DNA of 61,698 bases, filler included. It is 11 parts of 11 records of this genome, joined end to end, with 100 filler letters (N's around TTAATTAATTAA, not from the genome) between each part and the next. Parts side by side here need not be neighbours in the genome. Positions count along the whole stretch, not along the records: positions 43,539 to 51,016 come from SRR7504441_20391; positions 51,117 to 57,190 come from SRR7504441_20402; 9 more parts are not named here. The stretch is one strand, 5' to 3'. The notes under the pieces were generated by a model. That model did not search any database, was not told the DNA's origin, and saw only the letters and a program-made list of their open reading frames with translations. Numbering within the stretch: position 1 is the first letter of the stretch; each line of letters opens with the position of its first letter. Positions 44,789-55,097 of the stretch are shown here, in pieces. Position numbers and translations under genes: made by a program.

Positions 44789-45987
44789 TCACGTATAGCG
44801 AATCCTCTTTGCCCGGAAGTCCTTGCGTGTGAGCTTCTTGTCACCATCGTCCTCCAACACCTTGGTCCACCTGTGACGCCGGGCTCAATCACGCAGCCAG
44901 CAGCAGCCGAACTCACATGGCATGCATCCGGCAGGCGCCATCTTGATGCTTGCCGCCACAGCCGCAACGGATTCGGATCCTCCCGTCGTGTCCGGCTGAT
45001 GAAGAGACGCGGATCTCACCACAGTAGCCGCACCGGTACTTCTTGAGCGTGATGAGGAGCATGTCTTCGGCAGCCGGATCGTGGGTCACAATAAAGAGCG
45101 ACTTGGGCGTATTGGGGACTCCCAACCTGGTCTTTCTTTTCTTCTGGGCCGGTCCATCCTCGTTGAAGTCTTCCTCAGCACGCTCGGCATGCAGGTGGGT
45201 CTCCATGCCTACATTCATGGGGGCTGTATTGTTGCTGAGCCGGGCCAACATGTTGAAGACGTTTGACTCGGAGGGGGAACTATAATTCGGCTTCCGCGGA
45301 TCTGCGCCGGCTTGAACATCCCCGGAGAGTCTTCGCATTCCTTGTTGATTTGCCAGATACGAAGGTATTCCTTGTTGATTTGCCAGATACGCACCGGCGG
45401 GCAACCCTTGTGACGAGGCCCGGCTCAGAGCTTGTTGTTGGCTGAAGAGCCACTGGGCGGTCATGTACGGGTTGTTGTAGCTCCCAAACGAGGCCCCGGG
45501 CGCGGCGAGTCCCCAAGAGCCCGAGAAGTTGTTCGCCTGCAAGACTTGAGTTAGACCGGCCGGTCAAAGCAAGCGGGCGCACCGAGAGCGGCTGAGCTTG
45601 CCGGTAGTTGATCTCGGAGCTTGGTCGGCGGCCATCGGATGGCGGGCCCGTGGGCAAGATCTGGTACTGGGACTGGTATAGGTTGAGCATGTCTTGAAAG
45701 TTGCGCGGGTTGCCCGGGGGCAATACACCGGCTCGGGGCTCAGGGGGTCTCAATCTTACACCGCGCTCGCCGGTTGCGAGTCCGGCCAGGATGTTGAGGT
45801 CTGGGGGAACAGGGGGCTTGTTGGTAGTTGGCTGGTAAGCGGCATGAGGGTTCTTGGGCTCAAAGCCTTCGCCGATGGGGTCGCTGGTGAGGTCTTCGCT
45901 CACGTCGCTTACGGACGATGAGAGTCGCCTCGAGTTGGGCCGGCCGTAGCCCAGACTGCAATGTGCGCTCGCAGGAATCTGTGCCAT
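44789..45987 (-). CDS. Low-complexity protein with C-terminal Cys/His-rich basic domain, 2 introns
   Basis: MAQIPASAH...; KKRKTR NLS-like; KKYRCGYCGEIRVSSSAGHDGRIRIRCGCGGKHQDGACRMHAM|WTKV. Confidence 0.75.
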
Positions 45988-46174
45988 TTGGTGTGTGGGA
46001 GTTGGGGGCGAGCAAGTCAGATCCTGGGGACTCAACCTGAAGTCTTGCTCTAAACCTTCCTTTTTGGGGAAATGTGTCTTGCGATCGCTATTTTTCTCAC
46101 CACAGAATCGCAAAATCCGTTGGTGAAGAAGACTGCGAGACTTCCTTGTTGTGATTTGAGGCAGCGCCGCCAGC

Positions 46175-46209
46175 ACGCGGAATCCGCGCCAGATGCGCGG
46201 ATTCCGCGT
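46175..46209. repeat. Perfect 15-bp inverted repeat with 5-nt spacer
   Basis: ACGCGGAATCCGCGC-cagat-GCGCGGATTCCGCGT. Confidence 0.9.
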
Positions 46210-46222
46210 AGCGGAAATTGAA

Positions 46223-46270
46223 TGGTCGGCGTGGTCGGAGCGTGGTCGGAGCGTGGTGACTGGTCGGAGC
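46223..46270. repeat. Short tandem repeat (TGGTCGGAGCG)n
   Basis: About four imperfect copies. Confidence 0.8.
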
Positions 46271-46549
46271 TAGAGTGTATTAGAGTGCATTATTGTTCAA
46301 ACCACTGTCGATTTGGAAACAACTGTCCGGCCTGTAGCTAGCCTGTAGCCCCCGGCGTACCGGGTACCGGTACCGCCGCATGTATACACACGGTCGCAAT
46401 CCGTCGCATAAAACGCACACTCATACATTTATTCGAAATTCGGGAAGGACCACATAACCAGTTACCTAGGTTGATGATTGTTCAATACTTAAATAATAGT
46501 TGTCAATGAGTGTCCGTCAAGTACAGTATCAGTCTTGTGGCATGATAGC

Positions 46550-49500
46550 TTAATAGTCATCAGAGTCTTCCGCCGCCATCATAGCATAGGCAAGTGCCTG
46601 TTGATCCGGAGGAAGCGATTGAAGCAATGCTTCCCTCGAATCCTTTGGTGGGGGCGGCTTGTTGGTAGCAGTATCAACTGTGACTGGGCTTGACAGTTCA
46701 CTGTTGTCGCTGGCAGGCTTACCATCTGCTACACCAATCAAGCCAAACACCGAGCTTCCCATATCGAGTAGTCCGCCCATGAGCCCGCTTGAGTCCTCTG
46801 CCGCCGCTGCTTTAGGTTCAGGTGCCTGCACCTGACCGGATGAGGCATCTGTAGAGCAGGGCTGTGGCTCTCGTTCTGCTGCGGGTACCTCCGGCACTTT
46901 CTGTGGCGGTTGAGTTGCACTGTCATCACTTTCTGTTGCACTAATCAGTCCAAACATTGAGCTGCCCATATCGAACAGGGCCCCCGCGAGTGTGGGTGCC
47001 TCCGGTAAGCTACACGGCTCGATTTCGACTGCCAAGGGCTTGCCCGGTTCGATCAGTTGCATGAGTTGCTCACCATCAGACTCGGCTATCATTAAGCAGC
47101 AGCCCTCATAGGCCTTTGGAGTGCCTGGCATGTGGAAAGGCCACTCGTCGCCCTTCTGAAGCACAACCACACCAAGCGCACCAGCAGCGGCCGCAGCTTC
47201 TGCCTTTGCCTGGAAAGTAATACGGCCTCGCTCACACAAAGCGATTGCTCCCTTGAGCTTGTCAGCGTTTGAGAGCTGGAAGCCATCAAGCGGTTCCATT
47301 GGTACCAGTGGCGCCTCCAACTTGCTCCTCTTGCTGAATTCAGACCAAGTCCCAATGAATTCAGCTCCCTTGACCACCACGCGAGCCCATTCCTTTTCTG
47401 GGGCAGAATCATCAGCACCACTCCTGCCACTGACGAGCTGCCTCGCCCACTCCAGTCGCAACCGCTGCTTGGCATGTCCACGGCTCAACTGACACCATGG
47501 CCGCTTTGTCGCCGCAGTTCTCACTACACTCGTCCAGTTGCCTTGCGCTAGTCGATCTGTCATCCTCCTCAATGATCTCGCAGCTAATGCTCGCATTCTT
47601 GTACCGCTCAAAGGTGGTGATATGTTGCTCAGTACAATAAGCGTACGAGCCAGGTTAGGGATCGCAACCGCTTGATTGTCGAGTTCGTTAATCGCTTCGA
47701 GGTTTTGTTCTGCGGACTTGAGCTGAGCCTGCACGCCGAGCATTGGCCGCGAGGCTTGTGCGTAAACTGCATTCACCAGTTCAGCCATCTCACTGTACAT
47801 TGTCTTGAGCTGGGAAGCATGTCCTGGCTCCAAGGTGGCATCCAAGATCCACACCGCTTGGCTAGCTGGACCAGTAGCGGGCTGGAGGAGACTTGCCTCT
47901 GGGACTACTGCAGTAGGAGGCAAGACCACAAAGTCTTGCGACTGTACTGCCATCTGGAAGCAGTGTCGCTCGCCTAGCTTTTCCATACCGAGCTGGATCA
48001 ACCTGTTTGCTGAGAGTGTGTGGAAAGACTGAAACTTGACCCCACTTTTGTGGAACGTGTGAATGTGATGCCTGAGTCCTATCCTCTCAAGGAAAGCTGC
48101 TGCCTCGTCATCTTTGGGAGAAGCAACATTGTCATTATGCAACTTGCCCACAAGAACCAGCGCTACAATTGCTTGCTGGTCCAAGTCGAGGATGTACTCT
48201 CTTGCAAATGCACGCGCAGCAGAGGCTGGCACTGTCTGACCTCCCACAGTGGGCAGACGGAGTACGAGGACAACTGTGCCGACACTAGGCAGCTGAAGCT
48301 GTGTCTTGTCTTCAGGTGCAAGCACAAGCCGCCCAACCACACCAGAACCTGGCCAATACGGCGCTCCAGGCAGCACGTATCCGAGCACTGTTTGCTGCAT
48401 TCCTTGAGTCGACTGCCAGTCTGGATAGAGCATGCAGATTGGTACCACATCGCTGGAGTCAGCCAAGTCCTCCGTACCCACCAGGCTGACTTCTTCTTGC
48501 TCAGCTGGTACAATCGGCGAGTCAGGCTGCACATCAATCGGTCCTACTGTAACTGATGGCACTGGGTTGCTCACTTCCGTCAGGCAACGCAACGTGGCCG
48601 CAATACAACGCAGTCGATATGCCTTTTGCTTGTGTACAGCAATGTTCCTTTCAAGGAAGACTAGCTTAGCTATTGCTTCGAGCCTCACCTCTTTGCTGGC
48701 TGCACTGCCGATTTTTGCTCGGAGTTTTCTCGCCTGTGCAATCTTATGCATGCCTAATAGCATAAACCGAGCCTTGAGTGCCCCTAGCCGATCTCGCCGA
48801 GGGTTACCAACTGGGATGTCGTCCTCAGGGGCTCGTGCTAACACATCTGCACCTGTCTCGATACAGCAATCCAATGTCCCCAGCACATCTAACTGTTGCT
48901 GCAGTGCCAGCCCTGATTGATAATCCACCATGATGCATGGAATGTCCACCTTATTGCCAGTGTCTGCACCAGGCATCACAAAAGGCCAGTCGCCCTCTTC
49001 ACTCTGCACCACTACCATTGCCCTGCAGCCACACTCTGCCAGTTGCATGGCTTTCTGAGTAAATGTTACCCCTCCGCCTCGCCTACAAAGACCTATGCAC
49101 CCGATAAGCTCTTTCCCATTGGAGATCGATGGGCTGCACGTATCAGGATCGGCCATTTTGAGCATGCCACGCAATGGTTGCACATCAGGCCCAAACGATG
49201 CAGTCATTCCAAGAATATACTTGTCGTCATAGCGCAGCCAGCAACCTTGTGCTTTTGCAACCACCGATAGCTCAGACCAGCTCTGTTGGGCCACAGAAAG
49301 TGCAGACTGAGGAGACGATTGGATCATGGACAGTGCAATGCTCCCCAGGTCAGCCATTCCATCTGTCACGGCCCCAGTCAGGGAAGGCCCGCTCATTGCA
49401 AGATCGAGATCCGACTCCTCAAATCTGGCAGCCACTTTGTTCAGCGTTGCCAACCCCCGCACCACTGCACGAGGGAGCAACTGGCTCCATGGCCGCCTAC

Positions 49501-51016
49501 TGAGTACTTCCACCAGCTGGGCCAGGTTCACCTCTTGGCCCCGGGCATAAGGGTGGTTGCCGGCCATCCGAGCAATAACAGCAGCAAACCTCGCCTTCTC
49601 TTGGTGCCGCCAATTTCCAAGCCCACTGTGACTGCAGCATATTTGAGCGATTCTGGCAGCTGCAGAGCTGACATGAACTCCTGGGGGCTCTCTGCCCAGC
49701 TTACTTGGTGGGTTGATTGAGCTACACAAATCCACCACAGAACGGACAGTGGAGTTGTAATGCTGCTTCCTAATACAGGAAAGCTCTCCCTCCAAGGATG
49801 TGAGAGTAGAGGTCAGATTAATAGAACCAGGATCTGGATGATCAACTAAAAGGCAAGGGATTGTGATTTGCTCTGGAGACAATGCTGTGAATGTTGCTGC
49901 TCTTTCTCTAAATGCTACCAGATTTGATTCCTCATTGTCCAAAGCTGGATTGTCTATTATCCCCAACGAGGCCAGCTCCTGAGGTGTAAGCGTTTGGAAC
50001 ATGCCCAGCTTAATCTTGTGGTGCAGCACTAGTCCCACGCAGCGCTCACGGTCATTTTCTCTGAGAAACATCTCCTCAGGGCTATAGGACCGCGCCTCTA
50101 GCCGCCTCGGCCAATCTGCTGCTCTCTGAGAGCTCAGCACTACAACTCCAACAGCCCCAGCACACTGCAGTCTATAGCACTGAGTGGTGGCAGGGATGCA
50201 GCATTCTTGGCACACTACAATCTTGCCTTCAAACACAGCATCCTGGATGGGCTCAGACACTGTAAGTGGACTAGCTAGTGCAAAAGTCGCTCGCAGAGGT
50301 TTGCTGAGTGGCTCTCCGAATCCAGCAAGAGTTGCATCCAGCAACATTGGTCCAAGCCAGACCTGGGCATCGAACGTCTGGCCACCAATCTCATCGGACT
50401 GGCTACTGAAGAGTGTTGGCATCTCAAGCTTTGGGAGCCAATCCGAGTCGATCGGGCCAGCCCCACTCCCATGGGCGTTCCCGCTTTGTCGGATTGCGTT
50501 AGCAAGCCTGAGACTGTCAGCTTCCAGCAGATCAGCTGCAGCCAACACATCGTGCTGTTGTTGTGCTAGGATTTCTTCCAGCACTGCCTCCATCTCTGAC
50601 TCGGACCAAGGCTTCATCTCGGCTATGTATTGATCAGTGAAGTCTGCGCATGGACATTCCAGGCCGAGTTCTCGTAATGCCGCATGAAACTCACGGGTTG
50701 AACTAGATCTGGCCTTGATTCGACCAATATACCTGCGAAAATCACTGCAGCACAGCAGGCCATTGTCGTCGATCCCAACAAAATCCATTAGCTCCACCCG
50801 ACGAGATGAGGTTGCAAAGCATGTTTCTGAGAATCTTGCTGTCTCTTCGCCGCCTGAAGCCTTGCTAAACATCTCTTCAGCACAACGCTGCTCGCAAACA
50901 GAAAGCACCTTGCAGATGCTAGGGTGAAATGCTCGCCTCAGCAATTCTTCCATCCGACTGCTCAGCCCTTGCTGCCCAGTCTCAGGGCTGTGCCCCTGAG
51001 ACTGTTCAAGCGCGTT
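46550..51016 (-). CDS. Large multi-PA-domain protein with EF-hand-like and SAM domains, 5'-partial, intronless
   Basis: PA motifs GCIGLCRRGGGVTFTQKA...GCRAMVVV...IPCIMV and GAIALCERGRITFQAKA...GALGVVV; SAM FLERIGL..HIHTF...LIQLGMEKLGER; frame open to the contig edge. Confidence 0.85.
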   Translation of the reverse strand, partial: NALEQSQGHSPETGQQGLSSRMEELLRRAFHPSICKVLSVCEQRCAEEMFSKASGGEETARFSETCFATSSRRVELMDFVGIDDNGLLCCSDFRRYIGRIKARSSSTREFHAALRELGLECPCADFTDQYIAEMKPWSESEMEAVLEEILAQQQHDVLAAADLLEADSLRLANAIRQSGNAHGSGAGPIDSDWLPKLEMPTLFSSQSDEIGGQTFDAQVWLGPMLLDATLAGFGEPLSKPLRATFALASPLTVSEPIQDAVFEGKIVVCQECCIPATTQCYRLQCAGAVGVVVLSSQRAADWPRRLEARSYSPEEMFLRENDRERCVGLVLHHKIKLGMFQTLTPQELASLGIIDNPALDNEESNLVAFRERAATFTALSPEQITIPCLLVDHPDPGSINLTSTLTSLEGELSCIRKQHYNSTVRSVVDLCSSINPPSKLGREPPGVHVSSAAARIAQICCSHSGLGNWRHQEKARFAAVIARMAGNHPYARGQEVNLAQLVEVLSRRPWSQLLPRAVVRGLATLNKVAARFEESDLDLAMSGPSLTGAVTDGMADLGSIALSMIQSSPQSALSVAQQSWSELSVVAKAQGCWLRYDDKYILGMTASFGPDVQPLRGMLKMADPDTCSPSISNGKELIGCIGLCRRGGGVTFTQKAMQLAECGCRAMVVVQSEEGDWPFVMPGADTGNKVDIPCIMVDYQSGLALQQQLDVLGTLDCCIETGADVLARAPEDDIPVGNPRRDRLGALKARFMLLGMHKIAQARKLRAKIGSAASKEVRLEAIAKLVFLERNIAVHKQKAYRLRCIAATLRCLTEVSNPVPSVTVGPIDVQPDSPIVPAEQEEVSLVGTEDLADSSDVVPICMLYPDWQSTQGMQQTVLGYVLPGAPYWPGSGVVGRLVLAPEDKTQLQLPSVGTVVLVLRLPTVGGQTVPASAARAFAREYILDLDQQAIVALVLVGKLHNDNVASPKDDEAAAFLERIGLRHHIHTFHKSGVKFQSFHTLSANRLIQLGMEKLGERHCFQMAVQSQDFVVLPPTAVVPEASLLQPATGPASQAVWILDATLEPGHASQLKTMYSEMAELVNAVYAQASRPMLGVQAQLKSAEQNLEAINELDNQAVAIPNLARTLIVLSNISPPLSGTRMRALAARSLRRMTDRLAQGNWTSVVRTAATKRPWCQLSRGHAKQRLRLEWARQLVSGRSGADDSAPEKEWARVVVKGAEFIGTWSEFSKRSKLEAPLVPMEPLDGFQLSNADKLKGAIALCERGRITFQAKAEAAAAAGALGVVVLQKGDEWPFHMPGTPKAYEGCCLMIAESDGEQLMQLIEPGKPLAVEIEPCSLPEAPTLAGALFDMGSSMFGLISATESDDSATQPPQKVPEVPAAEREPQPCSTDASSGQVQAPEPKAAAAEDSSGLMGGLLDMGSSVFGLIGVADGKPASDNSELSSPVTVDTATNKPPPPKDSREALLQSLPPDQQALAYAMMAAEDSDDY

Positions 51017-51116
51017 NNNNNNNNNNNNNNNNNNNNNNNNNNNNNNNNNNNNNNNNNNNNTTAATTAATTAANNNNNNNNNNNNNNNNNNNNNNNNNNNN
51101 NNNNNNNNNNNNNNNN
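51017..51116. other. Artificial contig linker
   Basis: N-TTAATTAATTAA-N. Confidence 0.99.
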
Positions 51117-51118
51117 AC

Positions 51119-52513
51119 ATGGACTTTTCGGAGCCGATCAGCTCGAGCGGACGGGCGTGCTTCTCGCCGGACGGGAACCACCTGGCGCACATGCGCGAGC
51201 AGAGCCTGGCGCTGCTCCAGACCGAAAGTCTCCAGCTGGTCCAACTGTACGCCTGCGCCGAGAAGGCAACCGGCGGCTGCCAGCCCGGCCCGAGCCCCAG
51301 ACGGCAGGTGCACCAACTCGAGTGGTCCAACGACTCTAAGTACGTGCTCTGCGTGATGCACGGCCGCGGGATCGTCCAGGTCCTCCCCGACCAGCCCCCG
51401 CCCGCCCCAGCCAGTCACAGGTCTGGTCCCTGGAGCGACCGCAGTGGCGGTGCCGAATAGACGAGGGCGCGGCCGGAGTGTGCCACGCGCGGTGGTCGCC
51501 GGACGGCCGGCACATCGTCACGGTGGCCGAGTTTCAGATCCGAGTGGCGGTGCGCTCGCTGGTGACAAAAACGGTAAACTACCTGCCTGGGTGCAAGTTT
51601 GGAGGACGTGGGCTCTCCTTCTCCACCAACGGAAAGTGGCTGGCGCTCCTTTCCCGGCAGGAGTGCCAGGACTCACTGGCCATATTCAGCGCGTCTGAGT
51701 CCTGGGCGCAATCGGCGAGGTTCAAACTGGATACAGAGGACGCAGCCGGGGTGGCTTTCTGTCCGGACAGTAGTTGCGTGGCTGTATGGGACAACCCGCT
51801 CAATTATCGCGTGCTGATCTACCGGCTCGACGGGGACCTGATCGCGCAGTACGCCGCGTATGAGAACCAGCTCGGCATCCGGGTGGCGAGCTGGGCACCG
51901 AGCGGGCAGTTCCTAGCACTCGGTAGCCACGACGGGACGGCGAGGCTGATCAACAATATATCCTGGAAGTCGATTGCAGAGTATACCCACCCGAGCAACC
52001 TCACCGCCCAGGGGGCTGTGCTCTACAACGAGCTAGGTGCCGGCCTGGGTGACGCTGGGTGACGGGGTGTGTGTAGGAGGGTCTGATGCCTCAGAATATG
52101 TAATACAGGAGCTACCCAGCAACCTACCGACCGAGCACAACGCTAACAACGACCCGGTGGCCGTCTCGCACTGCGCCTGGAGCAGCGACTGCCGTTACAT
52201 GGCCAGTCGCTGCGAGAGCATGCCACGTGTGCTCTGGATATGGGATACAACACGCCTCGGACTGGCCGCTGTGCTGGTCCAGAGAGACCCGATCACGCAG
52301 GCCAAGTGGACCCCGCGCGAAGGCGCCCGGCTGGCGCTCTGCACGGGCGGTACCAAGGTATATCTGTGGTCACCTCGTGGCTGCTCGTGTGTGGATATAC
52401 CGAGTGCTGGGGTGGAGGCCTCCCAGCTAGGCTGGAGCCAGTGCGGCCGGTACATGGTCGTGTCGGGCGCCCGGGCGCTGTGTGTCTGCTACGTCGAGAA
52501 TGTGGAGTTTTAG
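51119..52513 (+). CDS. WRAP73: WD40 centriole/cilia protein WRAP73/WDR8, spliced
   Basis: MDFSE...FSPDG...LEWSNDS...IDEGAAG...WSPDGRHI.TVAEFQIRV...VWDNPLNY...LGIRVASWAPSGQFLALGS...MPRVLWIWD. Confidence 0.9.
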
Positions 52514-52728
52514 GCGGCTCAAACGCTACGAGTGAGCGGTTGAAATCACGAGTTTGATGCCAAGTAATATCGGAAAATAATTATAGTAAGTACATGTAAT
52601 GCAACAAAGTGCATACATTAACTCGTAAATGCTCCATCCCCGGATTCAAAATCGACTAATTCAAACGCGCTTTGTAACGCCGAGTGCTCATGTGGCGGGA
52701 GCCCTGCGTACAGCTCACGCAATTATAC

Positions 52729-53186
52729 TCACCGGAACCGTCCCATGCTCTTTTGGGACGCCACAGCAGAGAGCGCCCGGGCCTCGGCAGCCCGCCGCCT
52801 CTCCATCTGTACGGCAGCGTATTCGGTGGCCGGGGTGGCGTGGATGGTGCCGGTGCCGATATCTCTGTCAGTCATGCCCCAGCTCGTCCCCCAGGAGAGC
52901 GAATCCGGCCGGTCGTAAGGTCGATTGTAGAAGTCCGGGATCCGGCGGGGCGGGTACATCGGCGGCCCGAGCGGTGCCACGGCGGGCGGGGCCGGGGCCA
53001 GGGTGTCGAGGCGGGTGGCGAGGCTGGCCTTCTTAACCTTGAGAGCCTCGAGCTCCTGTTGCTTCTTGAGGATTTCCAGTTCTGCCGGCCGGTTAGCTGG
53101 AGCGCATGCGGGGGCGCACCAATCGACTTGAGCTCCATCTCGGCCTCCACGCCGGCCAGCTCCTCCTCGACCTGTTGCTTTTCCAT
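52729..53186 (-). CDS. Small hypothetical protein, spliced
   Basis: MEKQQVEEELAGVEAEMELKSI|ELEILKKQQELEALK...|...PMYPPRRIPDFYNRPY... Confidence 0.55.
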
Positions 53187-53482
53187 GGAACGATCAGACG
53201 CGACTGTTGGTCTCTAACGGCAGTACCAGGTACCTGGTATACTCGTGCTCTAAGGATTAAGTCGATCAACTGACAAAACCACCGATATAGCCAACATTTC
53301 GGCGTGGCTGTTCGCACAGGATGTATCTAGGATCGGCAAGGCAGCGCCTCTCCGATAAGCCTCACCTTGACATCTTTACTTACGAAATAAAGCGCTCACC
53401 GATCGCGATGATCGCAACAACGCGCATCCAACAAAATAGGGACACGGACATCGGGACACGACCTGGGCAGCAGTTCACCCGA

Positions 53483-54047
53483 TTAGAACACCAGCTTCTT
53501 CTCCTTGAGCGCCGGCTTGAGCTTCGCCTCCTGCAGCGCCTCATCGTACACGTTCACCTGCCTGCGCTGCCGCCGGCCGGTCGGCCGCCCGCACCGCGAA
53601 CCCTCGGCGGAACGGGCTGTAGACAAACTCGGCGGCGATGCTCGGCTGTTTGGCCGTGTTCTTTATCACCATCAGCTTCTGCTCAGCCTTGTGGTTGGCC
53701 CCTGCCCCCCGGCTGGCCCCCAGGCCGCCCCAGCTCCACCGTCGACGATCTCGTAAACGCGCAGGTTGAGCCGCTTCTGGAGCTCCTGCGGGCGGCTCGC
53801 GGGCCCGGGCTGGCCGTGCGCCTGTTTGAGCGCGTCGGTGCTGGCCTTTGGGGCCATGTTCTTGGGGGTTTGGTCGAAGCTCTGGCCCGGCTGCTGGCAC
53901 AGGCCCCGGGGAGCGGCGGACCGAGCGGCCGACGATGTAGCAGGCGATTCCAACCGAAATGAGCAGGATCATCCCCTGCCGCCGCCAGTTGACCCCGCCC
54001 GCCGCCGCCTTGGTGTTGGCCGGATTGCCCCCGGGTGCTGCTGTCAT
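53483..54047 (-). CDS. Small single-pass membrane hypothetical protein, spliced
   Basis: TM segment GMILLISVGIACYI; exons joined by ~40-nt introns, ending KPALKEKKLVF*. Confidence 0.55.
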
Positions 54048-54073
54048 CGTCCACGAAAATTAACGGCAATCTG

Positions 54074-54901
54074 ATGACGAGCGGGCGTGCATCAATGTCG
54101 CCGGAGGAGATGGCTAGTGCAGAGCAACCGCTGAAGAAGGCCATCGATCGGTCAGACCCGGTGGCCTGGGAGAAGGCGGCCAACGCCGCGCTGACCGCCG
54201 CCAAGCGCGAGTGCGCGGCCCATCCCAAGGACGAGCAGAGGACCAAGCGGTACCTGGCGCTCAAAGAGGACTACAAACAGGCGGCGGCGGCCAAGGCGGC
54301 GGCCCAGCCCGGTGCGTGCCGGGGGCCCAAGCCCAAGAAGCTGTGCAATCAGTACGTCAAGACTGGGGCCTGCTCTTTTGGCCATAAGTGCCGGTTCAGT
54401 CACCAGGTCGAGCCGGCGGCCGCGGGCGACTGGACCTGCAAGACGTGTAGCAAGACGCTGCCAGTGGCCGACAGGCAGCGGCACGAGCAGAGCCGGGCCC
54501 ACTTGAAGGCGCTGCACCTGGCAATGGCCAGCGAGCTGATGTGGAGCTGCGCCGCATGCCAGATCACGATCTCGATCAGCGGCAAGCAGGCGCACCTGGA
54601 GGGCAAGCGGCACCGGGCCCGGACCGAGCGGGCCAAACCGGGCGACTGGTGGTGCGCGTGCGGTCAGCTCAACTACGCCAGCAAGGAGCGGTGTGTGCGC
54701 CAGCGGGAGGGGAAGCCCCCCTGTGGGAGGTTATGGTCAGAGGAGGGGAATCAGCCTGTTCTAGCTCAGGGATGGTCAGAGGAGGGCGCACCCCCGACAG
54801 AGCAGACGGTTCAGCCGAGCACGAAATCGAAAAAGAAGCGAAAGATAAAGAGTGAGGCGGTATCTCCGAACTCGAGGCCACGGGTTGAGGAGCAGCTTTA
54901 G
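54074..54901 (+). CDS. Multi-zinc-finger RNA-binding protein (CCCH + 2 U1/matrin-type C2H2 + RanBP2-like)
   Basis: CNQYVKTGACSFGHKCRFSH; CKTC...HEQSRAH; CAAC...HLEGKRH; KPGDWWCACGQLNYASKERC. Confidence 0.88.
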   Translation: MTSGRASMSPEEMASAEQPLKKAIDRSDPVAWEKAANAALTAAKRECAAHPKDEQRTKRYLALKEDYKQAAAAKAAAQPGACRGPKPKKLCNQYVKTGACSFGHKCRFSHQVEPAAAGDWTCKTCSKTLPVADRQRHEQSRAHLKALHLAMASELMWSCAACQITISISGKQAHLEGKRHRARTERAKPGDWWCACGQLNYASKERCVRQREGKPPCGRLWSEEGNQPVLAQGWSEEGAPPTEQTVQPSTKSKKKRKIKSEAVSPNSRPRVEEQL

Positions 54902-55097
54902 CAATACACCACTCGTATTCCGTATTAAATTGCATATCCGCCATTGGTCTACCCTAGTACACAAGTACGTTTATTAGAAGAAGAAGCCCTAAGGCCCACA
55001 TAATCTACTAATAGTTCAATTGGTCACGGGTCTACGAGTACCCGTCTACCCTCGACTGCAGCTCCGCTACATAAAAAGGCTATGTATCAAGTGTCAC

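Noticed and set aside
11905-52513. Sfi1-like, ASPM and WRAP73 as a centrosome gene cluster
   Set aside because: Separate contigs; they only indicate a centriole-bearing eukaryote
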